Origin: the human T2T-CHM13v2.0 reference genome, Homo sapiens
NCBI RefSeq assembly: GCF_009914755.1
Contig: NC_060947.1
DNA length: 64,000 bases
Direction: 5' to 3' (one strand)
Every line of letters begins with the position of its first letter. Position 1 is the first letter of the stretch. Made by a program: the position numbers and the translations under genes. Below are positions 1-13,305 of this stretch, in pieces. The notes under the pieces were generated by a model. That model saw only the letters and a list, made by a program, of their open reading frames with translations, ran no database searches and had not been told where the DNA came from.

Positions 1-850
1 CTAGGACGTGCTGGCAGAGACTGCTGGCACACAGTAGGTTCACAATATATGCTTGATATAATCTCAGCTGTGTGACCTTGAACTTGTCATTTATTTGACA
101 CACAATGCCCCGATTTATAAACTGATCTTTTGTACTTTGGTTCCTTATGTTATAACTATCTATCCTACTTGTTTTAAGTCTCCCCTTGAACCCAGACCCA
201 CTATGGTCTCTGCAGATCCCTACCAGCAGAGTAGTGCCCAACCCTGCCCCCTCAACACAATGCACTTGTACAAAGTGGGTGTGGGATGGAACTTAAATAG
301 CAAAGAACCAAATCAAGATGCACATTGAGAGCAATGTGCATCTATGACTGGTGTACAAAGTCATCCTTCTGCACTATCAGTGTGGCATTGTGCCCACGAG
401 TAAAGGGAATCACAAAGAGATAAAACCATAAGCAGCTAAATAGCCACACCATAAGTGGGAAGAACAGCATATTTTTGCTTGAAAATCCATTAATAAAAAG
501 ATAGGAAGAAATCAGTATTCAGCCAAACAATTAAATTATTTAGGTTTTTTTGTTTGCTTGTTTTCACAAATGCATTGGTTCAGCCAGAAATCACCACCAG
601 ATGACTTGAAGAAGAATGTGAGCCCAGCAGATGTGGTTAATTAATGTCTGTCTGTCACTGCCAGGGCCTGCACCAGCAACCATGGCAGCTCCTGGAAACA
701 TAAAGACAATTGATTCAGAAAGTGAGAGCTCAGTCTGACACATGGGACTTGGCCTGGGAAAAAGTGAAGGACAGCTTTTGGAACAAGGCAGAGTTAACTA
801 ACTAACCATGACCTGCATGTGGAGCCCTGCCCAACAAAAGCATCCTGCAC

Positions 851-922
851 ATCTATATCTATATCTATATCTATATCTATATCTATATCTATATCTATAT
901 CTATATCTATATCTACACATAG

Positions 923-950
<28 letters not shown>
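851..950. repeat. Compound microsatellite (ATCTAT)10 + (AC)14 occupying an Alu tail position
   Basis: Read directly; abuts the Alu 3' end. Confidence 0.95.
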
Positions 951-955
<5 letters not shown>

Positions 956-1214
956 CTTGCTCTGCTGCCCAGGCTGGAGTGCAGTTGCACAATCTTGGCT
1001 CACTGCAACGTCTGCCTCCTTGGTTCAAGCGATTCTCCTGCCTCAGCCTCCTGAGTAGCTGGGATTACAGGTGCACACCACCACGCCTGGCTAATTTTTG
1101 TATTTTTAGTAGAGACGTGGTTTCACCATGTTGGCCAAGCTGGTCTTGAACTCCCGACCTCAAGTAATCCTCCCAAAGTGCTGGAATTACAGGTGTGAGT
1201 CACCGCACCCAGCC
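951..1214 (-). mobile_element. AluS-type SINE with a ~13-bp internal deletion
   Basis: agagtcttgctctg...gtcaccgcacccagcc; caagtaatcctcccaaagtg lacks the gcctcggcc segment. Confidence 0.93.
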
Positions 1215-2184
1215 ATATCCTTCTATATTAACCTCCCACCAGAACACATAAGATGGGCACCTCTCCACCATCCCTCCTTCCTTTCCCCAGAGATAAATTA
1301 TTTGTACAGTACATGTCATATGGAAATGCTGTGATGAGGGTGGGAAGGGGCCCCTTCCAAGACTCTATTTGACAGATCCCATCTGAATAACCCAGTTGAA
1401 ATGTCACCTCAGCTGAATTATACGGATTCTCATTCAATGGAGTCCCAAAAATATTGAGGGTTGCCCAAATAGCAATAATCCCAGCAATGCAATGGTGTCA
1501 AAGACCAGCTGTTAAAGCCCTCCTAACTCAGGAATGCTCCTAGAAAGGAGGTTTGCTCAAGACTCTAAAACCAAAAACAGAGTAAATGTGTGAGTAAATG
1601 GGAACCAAACAATATGTAAAGGAAACTATCATGAAGCAGAATAAAACACTTTACCCTTTAACCTCCTTGGTGTCTTATGTCTAAGCAGGCAACAGCTTAG
1701 TTTAGGTAAATTCATAAAAACAAATCTTCTTTTGTAAGATTAGGGAAAACTTCTGATAAACACAGGAAAGAGCTATTGTTAGACTCATAAAAATTTGCAA
1801 ATCTTCAAGCTTCAGGGAGTAAGTGGGGTAAGGAGGAAATGTCTAAGTTTATAAGATTACACAATCTGAGGCAAGAGTTTTGTGCCTCACATTTGGCCAT
1901 GATGGAAACATTCCAGTGATTATTACTGTTTTGAACATTGTCCAGGGAGGCTTGTTCTTCTGAAGAAATCATGAGAAGACATTAGAATAAGTCCTTGTCC
2001 TAGGATGTACCTAAGTTAAAAGGTCTAATTACATATAGCATTTTTCTTTGATCATTACAGCAGCCCTGTTAAGTAGGTCCAGCAGAAGTTATTTCTTCCT
2101 TTTACAGGTAAAGGAAATATAGCTCAGATAAGTTTAAATGACTAGATTGGGATCTCATAGCTCATGAGTGAAAGCTATTGGAAG

Positions 2185-2506
<322 letters not shown>

Positions 2507-2798
2507 TCAATTTGATTTACAGTAGCTGCCATGGTCACTGTCTTCTTCAAGCCAGATGTGAACAAGATCCGCAAAATGTAAATTAATGTCACTCACTCAT
2601 TTTGTTTGTTTTAGAAAACAGTTTTTAATAAAAATTTATTATGTTTACTTATAGTAGGGTTATTATTGTTATTTTAAGTAATTAAATCATGTCAATAAAT
2701 ATTGTTAAGATTCTCAATTTCAATTTATAAGATGGCAAGTATAGAGAGATAGAGCCACAAAAACAAAAGCTACTTGGAATTCTTAATAATTTTTAAGA

Positions 2799-2831
2799 CC
2801 CTAAAACTTAAAGTATAATAATAATAAAAAA
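2799..2831 (+). mobile_element. Extremely 5'-truncated L1PA 3' terminus inside an old hAT/MER-like element
   Basis: ccctaaaacttaaagtataataataataaaaaa is the L1PA terminal sequence, flanked by aaga on both sides. Confidence 0.7.
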
Positions 2832-3902
2832 AAGAATGTAAAAAAGTTAGAGGCTCTGGACTAGAATCTCATTAGAAGGATTACACGATGATTTTTAAGA
2901 GACCAACAGAACTGACTTGAACCAGCTCTTCAAAGTAATAGCTGTATGAATACAGGCAAATTGCTCAACATTTGTAAGCTTCAGTTCTCTTATCATTAAA
3001 ATTGGAATCATGATACCTATCTTGGATGTACTGTAGGAATAATGGAGATTATACAAGGTACACAGGATGCATGCACTAAATGGATATTGCTGATGGTTTT
3101 GTGATCATTATGAGTGTACCATCATTTATACAACCACTTCTTACCCATAAATCCATGACCACACTTTTGATGAATCTCCTCTGGATGAATTCCTAGCATA
3201 AGAATTCCTGCCATGAAAATTTGTCTTTGACTTTTTAAAGCAGACTTTCTGAAAAACAGTAAGCAAACTGATTCTCACACGGCCTCATTTTGGAGCCTGT
3301 ATGTTCAGTTAAAACATTTGAACTCCACTTCCTAGAATTGTCACCTAGTGAGTGAGTGAGTGGCTCTCAGAAACAGGCTGGCTGGGTCACACATCCATTA
3401 CTATTATCAACATCAATGTTCTACATGTCCTTCTCCCCTTCTTACCTCTGTTCTGGAGGTAAAGACCCAACACCCCAATTTCTGTCACATTTGGGAAGCC
3501 CTTTTGCCATCATATTCTTGATGCTGGACCCAGTCCCTGTCAGTAGAAACAGGTGGCCTGGTCCTTCTCAGATTCAGTTCCTGAGGAGTGACCTTTTTCT
3601 CTCAGAATGTCTCCTCTGATGTTCATGGGAACCTTGCCCTTCTAACTGTTGGGAGCCAGGGTAAGCCACCTTCCCCTCTATAACTCAATCATTTTTACAG
3701 TTATGAACAAGGGTTGTTCTTGGGCCATAAACTAATTTGAAGGACCAAGCTTTCCTTTTGACCTATACTTGCAGTTTGAGAGAAAATAAAATTAGTCTTT
3801 CCCATCAGGGAGGAGGGGAGAAGTCCTGCAAATTGTAGTTGGGCAAATGGTTGTCTTCTTCTGTTCGTGTGCCTATTTCATGACCCTTGTTCACATTTCC
3901 AA

Positions 3903-4932
3903 TTTTTTAAATTTTTAAAAAGTTTTCTGGGTACATAGTAGGTGTATATACTTATGGGGTACATGAGATGTTTTGATGATACAGGCATGCAATGTGTAAT
4001 AATCACATCATGGAGAATGGGGTATCCATTCCCTCAAGCATTTATCCTTTGTGTCACAAACAATCCAATTATACCCTCTTAGTTGTTTTTAAATGTACAA
4101 TTAAATTATTATTGACTAGAGTCACCCTGTTGTGCCATCAAACAGTAGGTCTTATTCATTCTTTAACTATTTTTTTTTATCCATTAACCATCCTTATCTT
4201 CCTCCCACCAACATTCTACTATCCTTCCCAGCCTCTGGTAAGCATCCTCTACTCTCTATGTCCATGAGTTCAATTGTTTTGATTTTTAGATCCCACAAAT
4301 AAGTGAGAACATGTGATGTTTGTCTTTCTGTGCCTGGTGTACTTCACTTAACAAAATGATCTCCAGTTCCATCCATGTTATTGCAAATGACAGGATCTCA
4401 TTCTTTTTATGGCTGTATAGTACTTCATAGTGTATATGTACCGCATTTCGTTTATCCATTAATCTGTTGGTGGACACTTAGGTTGCTTCCAAATGTTGGC
4501 TATTGTGAACAGAGCTGCAACAAACATGGGAGTGCAGATACCTCTTTGATATGCTGATTTCCTTTCTTTGGGGTGTATACCCAGCAGTGGGATTGCTGGA
4601 TCATATGGTAGCTCCATTTTTAGTTTTTTGAGGAACTTCCAAATGGTTCTCCATAGTGGTTGTACTACTTTACATTCCCACCAACAATGTGCAAATATTC
4701 CCTTTTTTCTACATCCTTGCCATAATTTGCTACTACCTGTCTTTTGAATATAAGCCATTTTAACTGGGGTGAGATGCTATCTTACTGTAGTTTGGATTTG
4801 CAATGAGGTTGAGCAGCTTTTCATATGTCTATTTGCCATTTGGACGTCTTCTTTTGAGAAATGTCTATTAAAATGTTTTGTCCATTTTTTGATCAGATAA
4901 TTATTAGATTTTTTTCTTATAGAATTGCTTGC
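3903..4932 (-). mobile_element. L1MA-type (L1MA1-3-like) 3' fragment
   Basis: ORF 4459-4758 resembles the L1 ORF2 C-terminus ([23 protein letters not shown]). Typical 3'UTR. Possible TSD acatttcYaa at 3893 and 4935. Confidence 0.9.
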
Positions 4933-5164
4933 TAACATTTCTAAGCACACAGAATTGGCACTGACACTGTCTTCTGATTGCACCATCACATGGGTGAAAC
5001 TGGAGTGAGGTGCAGACAATGGCAATGCTGCATTTTTGGAATCTTCCAGCAGCACCACAGCATGTGAAAGGCCTGGGATTGTCCACATAGAAAGAAATGG
5101 GGAAGATGGGAGTCATAGTGGCTGAGAAACCAGGTGAAGCCCTGCAAGAATAATAATAAGAAGC

Positions 5165-5640
5165 AATAATGACAACAAGTAGTATTGAGTGCTTACTCTC
5201 TTCAGGCCCTGTTCTGTGCACTTCATATGTATTGACTCAATCTTCACAGTGACCCTATGAGATAGGCATCATGTTGTCCTTTTCAGATGAAGAAACTGAG
5301 GCATATAGAGATAAATAATTATATTTTGCCTAAGATCTCACAACTAGTATGTGGCAGCAGGATTTAAATTCAGACATTCAAAGACCAATGCTCTCGATCA
5401 TGAAGCTTCCCAGCCTTTCCTTTTAATTATAATGATTGAACACTATTTGTCAGACACTGGGCTAATAGGTTTAAGTTAATTCATTTAATCCTCACAAAGA
5501 TCCAGTGAGTAAGCTGCTGATAGTTTCATCTTGCAGTTGAGTTTCATAGCACATAGGGTTGAGTAACTTGTCCAAGGTCACACAGTTTGCATACTGCAGA
5601 AACTGAATTTAACCTCAGATTTGTGTAGGTAGAGCTCACG
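5165..5640 (-). mobile_element. Two adjacent MIR elements
   Basis: MIR core cagatgaagaaactgaggc; aacttgtccaaggtcacacag. Confidence 0.75.
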
Positions 5641-5925
5641 TTCTTTCTTCTTAAACAGCTTTATTGCAGCATAAGTGACATACAATAAATTGCACATGAG
5701 TAATAGAGTTCAAGCTCTTGTCAGGTCTCTGCTCTATGAGCCACTTCTCATGTGGTCCAAAGATAGTCTCTGGAAGGCATTTAATCAAGTAACCACTTGA
5801 GATTCTTACAAACTAGTTAGAAGCTAATGACGGACTCAATGACCAGCCAGATCATTTTTGTGGCTGTCCCTCCTGTTCCCATGCAAGGCCTAGTCCAGTC
5901 CATCCTCTAATGGCTGTCACATCAG

Positions 5926-6345
5926 TTCATTCATTCATTCATTCATTCAACAAATATTTCTTGAGTGCCTCCTGTCTGCCTGGCACTGTTCTGGGCACTG
6001 GAGGAACAACAGATAAAAGTCTGCTCTCCTGGGAGCTTATATTCTAGTAGGTATAAACAAGGAAAAACTGACAAAACAGACACTACACAAAATAGATAAG
6101 AAAATCATGTAGTAGATTAGAAGGTGAAAAGTGCTGTGAAGACAAAGTAGCAGGGAAGGCAAAGAGGAAGTGTTGGTGGTTTGAGGTTGGTTGCAATTTT
6201 AATTAAAGTGATGTCAAGGAAGGCCTCAAGGAGAAGGTGACAGTTGAATGAAGAGATGAAAGAGGTGAGGGGGGAAATCATGTGAATATCTGGAGGGGAG
6301 AATGCTCCAGGCAGGCAGAGGCCCTAGTGTCTTCAGATGGGAGCA
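5926..6345 (-). mobile_element. L2 3' end
   Basis: (ttca)n caacaaatatttcttgagtgcc...ggcactgttctgggcactg. Confidence 0.8.
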
Positions 6346-6365
6346 TGAATGGACTGCACAAGAAA

Positions 6366-6380
6366 CCAGAAGGGGGCAGC
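6366..6380 (+). promoter_or_regulatory. Candidate CTCF motif
   Basis: CCAGAAGGGGGCAGC has one mismatch to CCASYAGRKGGCRS; motif match only. Confidence 0.35.
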
Positions 6381-6915
6381 CTTGTCTTATCTCTTTTCCA
6401 ACTGGACTGTCCCCTTGTTCACTGGAACAAATTCAAGCTCCTGTGCCTGGTTCTCAAAGCTGCCAAAAGAAGGTGGCTGCCAGGAAGAAGATGCCTTCCA
6501 AGAAGAAGGTGGCTGCCTCTGTGCTCTGGTCAAGCAGTTTCCCTGATGTCAGCAGGCTATCCTCTCCTCACCAGTGTATCATCACTGCATCTTTCCTCAA
6601 AGGCTTTTTATTTTCTAATATCCATCAGCGCAAAGTATAAACAACTTTCTTTGCAAAGCTCAAGACTGACTCCTTCAAGAAGCCTTCCAAGCTTCATCTC
6701 ACTACCCATCAGTGCTCTGCACATAAAGTTCACTCCATTTGAGTCCCTACCATCTTAACTTGTACTTGCCCATGTTATCTTGATAGTACTGTATTCTCTA
6801 GGTATTCCATGTGGGTATGTCTTCCCTCTCCAGCTATATCAGGAAATGAACCAATCATCTGTATCATCCCATAATGCTTAAGAATGTTATATATTCAATT
6901 GGTGTTTGACATGCA

Positions 6916-7008
6916 TGGGATGGTTGGATGGATGAATGGATGTTTGGATGGACAGATGTAAGGATGGAAATGGATGGATGAATGAATGGATAGATAGATG
7001 ACTGGATA
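6916..7008. repeat. Degenerate (GGAT)n
   Basis: Read directly. Confidence 0.8.
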
Positions 7009-7919
7009 AACAGTACTAAAATAAGAAGAATTCTTCAGAGTCTGAGTCAGAAGTTTGACTGCTTTCTAAACACAATCAAAATTAATTTATTCTGAAAAAA
7101 GTAAAGTGTTTAAGAAGCTGAAAATTGTAATTCCTCCCTCAAAGACCTGTCTTTCTCCTATTTACCCTCATAATCTGGTGTAAATGCATCTGTCAGTGGA
7201 GACAGGTTTGAGTTCCACAGAAGTCTCCAAAATTAGTCCATGCATTGACCTCAAAGAATAAGGGTGTGTTCAGAAGGATGCAGGGTTTTATGACCCTAAT
7301 TCTTTGCTGCTTGTATCAGCCATTTTCAGCTGTATCAGCCATTTCCAACTGTATCACATTTCTAACCATCAGGACATGCCATCATGCCAAGAGGTTGTTT
7401 CCAAAGCAGAATAATGCCCACGACTAAAATTGGTTTTGCTGTGCCAACTTTCTCACTCTTTCAATTTGTAAACACATAAGTGTTTATTTGATCAAATAGC
7501 ACAGGCATCTAAAGTATCTCAATAAATATCATCCCTTTATTTAGGACATGTAATTTTTGGATATCCCCAACATATTGCTCAACATGCACACCAGCACTAG
7601 CAAAACTCCAGAGTGTTCTGGCCTTGAATAATGTGCTTTTCAAAAATAGAGACGACTATCTACCAGTGTCAGCTTTTCCAGGAGAAATCTTGGCTCAAAT
7701 AAAAGGCTGTTTCACCACAATATTAGAGATTATAAGAAAGCTGAAAACTGGAAGCCGTAGTTTTTGCCCTTCTCTGGGACAAGGGCTCCTCTGAAAATTT
7801 GTTGCAAACCATGAAGTCTCTCCAGCAGAGTGCATACATATAGATAATATAACACCAGGAGAAGGTACTTGAAGCTTACTCAGGGGCCTTCTGGCCAGAG
7901 TCCAGGAAGATGAGGTTGA

Positions 7920-8680
7920 GAAAGCTTGATGACAACACCAAGTGTTGGTGAAGTAAAGAAGCCACCAGAACTCTCATATCTTGCTAATGGTAGTGTAATA
8001 TAGTATATTCCCCTTTGGAAAACTGGCAGTACCTACTAAAGCTGCATGTACACATTACTATGACCCACTTCTAGGTATACGCCCCAGAAAATGTTCTCCA
8101 AACACATACACGAAAATGTTAAATATCCATCAATAGCAATATGGACAAAAAATAAATTACAGTTCCTTAATCGTGCACCATACAGCTATCCATCAGTAGC
8201 AATATGGACAAAAAAAGAACTTTAGTTCCTTAATGGTATACCATACATCAAGGGGAATAAATCATCCTACAAATACTCCTAATAGCATGATTGAATTTCA
8301 CAGCAAAAATTTAGAAAAGCAGCTGGACACAAAGACTACATACTATAAGATTTCATTTTTAGAAAGTTTTAAAACAGGGAAAATTAATCTATGGTGATAG
8401 AAGTCAGGATACTGGCTCTCCTTGGGGATGTGTAATGCCAGTAAGGGAACATGAGGAGGCCTGTGGGGGCTGTAGCGGGATGAAAGCTGGCTTTATGAAT
8501 ATGTTCATTTTGAAAATTCATCAGCTGTTCATTTATGTTTTGTCCTGTTTTCTGTATGTATGCTATACATCAACAAAAATTTACATACTCAGAATAGACT
8601 AAAAATCCATTGAATTGTACACTTAAAGTGGTGAACTGCATGGTATGTGAATTAGATCTCAATGAAACTGTAAGTAAATG
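7920..8680 (+). mobile_element. Old L1M (L1ME/MC-like) 3' fragments
   Basis: gacaacaccaagtgttggtga...; aattaatctatggtgatagaagtcagg; ttgaattgtacacttaaa. Confidence 0.7.
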
Positions 8681-9261
8681 AATGGTTGATGTAACTTCTG
8701 AGTTCAGGGTGAGGAGGGTTAGCAGCCAGCAAAGGAGCCCTGGAATGTTGTAATATACAGAAATATACAGTAGATTCATTGACTACTTGAGTAGAAAGAG
8801 ACTTCAACTTTCAACTTTCTACAGCCAGCATTGCTCTATTGTTATGGAGAAAAGCTTCCTAACCAACCTGATGCACTGTAAAGACATCCATATCACTAGA
8901 CAAGGTAATTTCCCTGGAAAGGGATGTTCAATGTCCATACTTGCTGTAGTGACTGACTTCCTCTGAGAGAGAAATAAGAGGAAGGGGTTTAAAAATCAAG
9001 TTCCTTTTTGGATTCCAGTGGCATTGGATTTGGAGTGGTCACCGTAATAGGTGACATAGGCATTGCTGATGTGCTGTGCCAGGCTGGTGGTTGCTAGGCT
9101 ACCCTGAGGAAAGAGATCCACATTTCTATGTTTGATGCCTCCCAGCAAAAGACACATTTTTCTTTAGTAGATGAGCTTCAGAAGCTTCCAAGGCCATCTC
9201 CAATGACTACCAACAAGAGCCTGAGGTCTTCTAGTGTAGGATTTCTTCCTCCCAGAAGTTA

Positions 9262-9377
9262 TTTCTTCCTCTCCTCCTCCTCCTCCTTTTCTCTCTCTCT
9301 CTCTTCTTCTTCTTTTCTCTTTTCTTCTTCTTCATCTTCATCTTCTTCTTCTTCTTCTTTTCTCTCTCTCTCTCTCT
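9262..9377. repeat. Polypyrimidine tract (CCT/CTT/CT)n
   Basis: About 115 bp of almost pure C/T. Confidence 0.9.
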
Positions 9378-9544
9378 GCTATAGCTCTCTGTTTTAACTA
9401 CTGACCAAAACGATTCTTTGGGGAGTCTGGTGAATTTCACTGACTCATTCTATTGTTTTCTGTATGCCTCATCCCCCATTACTTTTACTGCTAGACAATA
9501 ATAATCCATTCATCTGTAAAGCAGATTGCCCGAAATCAGTTGCT

Positions 9545-10250
9545 TGACTTCTTTTTTTCTCCTATCCCATACATAATCAGCCATCAAAACGACCAGTTCT
9601 AAATTCAAAATATATCTAGAATCCAATCACTTCTCATCTCCTTGACTGTTACCTCCCTGCTCCAAGCCACTGTCAGTTCTAACCTTTATTACTGCATTAA
9701 CTTTGTTAATTCTCTCTCTGCTTCCACCTTTGGCCCCCAGAATCTCCTAGCAGTCAGAGTGAGTCTTGTAAGATATAATTCAGAACATGTCACTCCCTTG
9801 AGAAAATCCTTCTGATGACTTTTTATCGTGCTTACACAAACTCCAAAGTCCTTTCCATGGGCAACACGGCTTTTGTACTTCTCTTTCCCCATCTACCACT
9901 CTCTCCCTTTGTTCACTTGCCTCCCTGCTGTTCTTTAGACACATAAACTTATCCCTGCCTGAGGGCCTTTGCACCTGTCACTCCCTCTTTCAACAATATT
10001 TATCTGCCAGATATTCACAAGGCACTATTTAAATGTCACTTCCTCAGAGATGCTTTTCCCGTCAACCTTTATTATTCTTCATAGCAACTGAGACTATGTG
10101 GTACATTTGTTCATATATATATACATATATTGAGTGCCTCTCCACGCTGGAATGTAATCCCCACGAAGGTAGAAATCTTGTCTTTTTCACTGGTGTATTC
10201 CCAGTACCTGGAGGAGTACTCATTCAATAAATCTTTGAAGAATAAATAAA
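9545..10250 (+). mobile_element. L2 3' fragment
   Basis: agggcctttgcacctg; gaatgtaatccccacgaagg; ends tcaataaatctttgaagaataaat. Confidence 0.8.
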
Positions 10251-10334
10251 TATCTGATAGTGTGTTCATTTGAAACCATGTTTAGTGGCCAGAAGAGATT
10301 CAGAGCACATAGTAATAATGCTCATATAAACAAA

Positions 10335-10555
10335 GTCATACAATATCTGTCTTTTTGTGTCTGATTTATTTCACTTAGCATATCTTCAACGTTCACCCAT
10401 GTTGTAGCATGTGTCAGAATTTCATTCCTTTTTAGGGCTGAATAATACTCCTATATATGGATATACTATATTTTGTTTATCCATTCATCTGTTGATACAC
10501 AGTTGGGTTGTTTCCACTTTTTGGCTATTATGAATAATGTTGCTTTTTGAATATT
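10335..10555 (-). mobile_element. L1M fragment
   Basis: tttcacttagcata...gggttgtttccactttttggctatt. Confidence 0.75.
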
Positions 10556-11386
10556 TGTGTAGTAACTCATATTACAGATGAGGAGAATGAGTCTTAGGAT
10601 AAACATCTTCGCCAGGATTACACAGCTGATAAGCAGAGTTCAAATTCAGGTGTGCTTAACATCAAGCTAGTTTCCCAGCTCCTGCTTCCTCTCATGCAGC
10701 AGAAGATCCAAGTCCTGGATGGATCCTTGCACACAGGCAACAGCAGGCACCAACATTGCCCACCTCATCACCATTCTACTCTACTTCAATATAATTGTGA
10801 CTTTAAGAGTATTAGGCAGAGCGACAACGCAAAGGATAACTACCAAATTAGAACTAACACTGTATTTGGGTAACTGATGAAGACAATCAAAACTACTGAC
10901 AGGCTCGGACAGACCCAGGAGAAATCTAGGCATCATACTTTTAAGTGCTACTAACACTTAAACAAAATGGAAAAAGCGCAAGCTATGAAACAGGCATTAA
11001 GAAATACACTGAAGAAGCGGAAATTAAATAAGACATAGTTCCAGGCTCCAGAAGCTCCAAAGTCCTGGAGAGGCAGGTCCATGAAAACAGAGATTTACGG
11101 CATCATAATTATAACATGGCATATGGCTGGCTTCATAGCTTCGCCTGGCTATGTGGCTGTGTATGGAACAGCCCCTTGATGGCAACCCTAGTCTTTGGAT
11201 AAAGGAAGTTGTTTCATGGAAAGTGTAGTCAGCAGGATTCATGACTCTATTGATCTCACCAGACACTCTTACGCTTCTCTGTCCAGAGCCTTTGGGTCAT
11301 CCAGGTGGCAAGGTCCGCAAAAGCCCCAATAAACAAAGTTTGGCGTGGAACTACTAAAGAGAAGAGTGGAGTTCCCAAGTGGTCAA

Positions 11387-11833
11387 TGTGGCAGATGCTG
11401 TGATGAGCTTGCACAGATTGCCCTTCAGAAATTAGGAACTTATTACTTCAGTTACTCGGAGTGCTATTGGCAGGCAGCCCTTGATTTTCAGCCCCCTTCA
11501 GAGATTATCCCAGCTGCAGAAAATCCACTTTGCCTAAGGTCATGTCACCTTCTCTGGGCACCTCACTTCCAATGACTATCTACATGAGGATAGAAAGGCC
11601 TGGCCCTCTTGCCCCACTCAGGACAGCTCCCAAGGGCCATCTCATCTTCAGAATCCCTTGTCAGGTCAGCTGAGGCTTCCACTGCAACTACATCACACTT
11701 ATTCCTCTGGCCACCCCTGCCTTCTTGCCTTCCAACAATCAATGGCTGTTGATCCCCACAGTACCCACTAACAAACCACCAACATGCTATTCGCCACCTC
11801 CAAGTCTGTGTCTTGAGGAACCCAACTGCAACA
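11387..11833 (+). mobile_element. ERVL solo LTR, LTR16 family
   Basis: TG...CA ends: tgtggcagatgctgtg and gaggaacccaactgcaaca. Internal ccaatgact...aaaggcctggccc. Confidence 0.75.
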
Positions 11834-13149
11834 GCCATCCATTGAAATGGGCACAGCAGCCTGTAGCAATGTCTAAAAAATCTCAATCCCAGGGCTCTGG
11901 GGTGGCCCAGACCTCATGAGAAACTTCTGACACAGGCTTAATGGGACCTCATTTGAGAATTGAGGTGTTTTCTTTTGGGGCGGAGATTGGTGGCAAGGTC
12001 CCAATTGTTTCTATTATTCTTATCAGAACCTTGCTAAAGGAAATGAGACATAGAGCAATAGCTGCTACAAACATACTCAAATAGGTGAACAGACCAAACT
12101 GAGAGAAGAAAGTCTGTAGTCAAATCTAACTAAGGCCCTCAAGACAAAGCTTATTTTTACATCATAGATCATAATTTTAAAACACCATTAATGTCCTTAT
12201 AAAGGTTTGTGCCATGAACAAAAGTGAATTTCCTGTTTTAGAAAGGTCTCCAACCTAAACAACAACTCCTATTATACATTTTGAGTTATTTAGGAAAGGA
12301 CCTTGGAGTTAAAGTCCACTTGATCTCCAAATTCCAATAAATCTTAAACAAGTCTAAATATTGAAATCTTGTCTTCCATGCATTTTTAACATGTTCTATC
12401 AGCTGTATTAGCTTAAGTACAATTCTTAGAGAAAAGATCACTCTACTTTTAGTCTTACTACAAGAATTTCATAAACTCCCACCAATAATTTACATAGAAG
12501 GTGGTTTCCCAGCTCTAATATTCTAATTTAATTAATAAATCTATTGTGGTTTTTCACAGACAAAAATATTTAAAAAAGTGCTTGTTTAAATAGCTGTTAT
12601 TAAAGAATTGTAAAATTTCAGGTTCATAAAGATATGTTATGGTTTGGAAAATTTCACTACAGACATAAAGTGATTTTTATGGTGATTTCATTGTACAGCA
12701 GCAAAGAAATAAAACCAAATACAATAGCATTTACAAAAAAGGGAACACTCAGCTTCACCATAATCATCGCAAACTCTTATTTTATAACATTCAAACACCA
12801 GAAACCACTTGCAAAAAGTCCGTTTTTGCGTACAGATACATGATATTAGATACCAGAGGTGAGAGCACAGCTTGTGATGTTCAACATCCCAGCAGGTAAC
12901 CATGAACTCAGGCATGCAACAAACTGGGCCTCTGTATATAATGTGAATGTAAATAGAATAGAACCAATGCCATGATAGTATTATGGGTCATCAGTGATAT
13001 AATGCATACACATCTCAACATAGTGACTTGCACATAGTAAATGCATAGATATTGACTAATATCATCCTTACTATCCCTACACTTTTCTTTCCACAAAAAG
13101 TATTGCCAACTTTCATGTAGATGATGAAAGCATTGGCTCAAGAAATGAC

Positions 13150-13305
13150 TATTCTAATTCTATGACCTCAGGTAAGTTACATCTCTGACACTTTCATCAT
13201 CTGTAAAATGTAGGTACTAATACCTACCTCCAGGGCTGTGGCAAAGATTAAATGAGATCATATATGCAAAGTTCTTAGAAGGATATTAGTTGTTGTTGTT
13301 ATTAT
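13150..13305 (+). mobile_element. MIR
   Basis: catctgtaaaatg...gattaaatgagat. Confidence 0.75.

Noticed and set aside
794-1058. Low-complexity ORFs (DIDI, RYRY, HTHT, CVCV, poly-S/K) here and at 9128, 16788, 23160, 35502 and 54000
   Set aside because: They are translations of microsatellites.
11686-11703. The minus-strand ORF contains NKCDVV, identical to MAO-B residues 3-8, which could suggest a displaced exon 1
   Set aside because: It lies inside an LTR16 element, has no upstream Met-Ser and no following GGGISG or donor, and is downstream of exon 3. A six-residue match somewhere in a six-frame 64-kb translation is plausible by chance.
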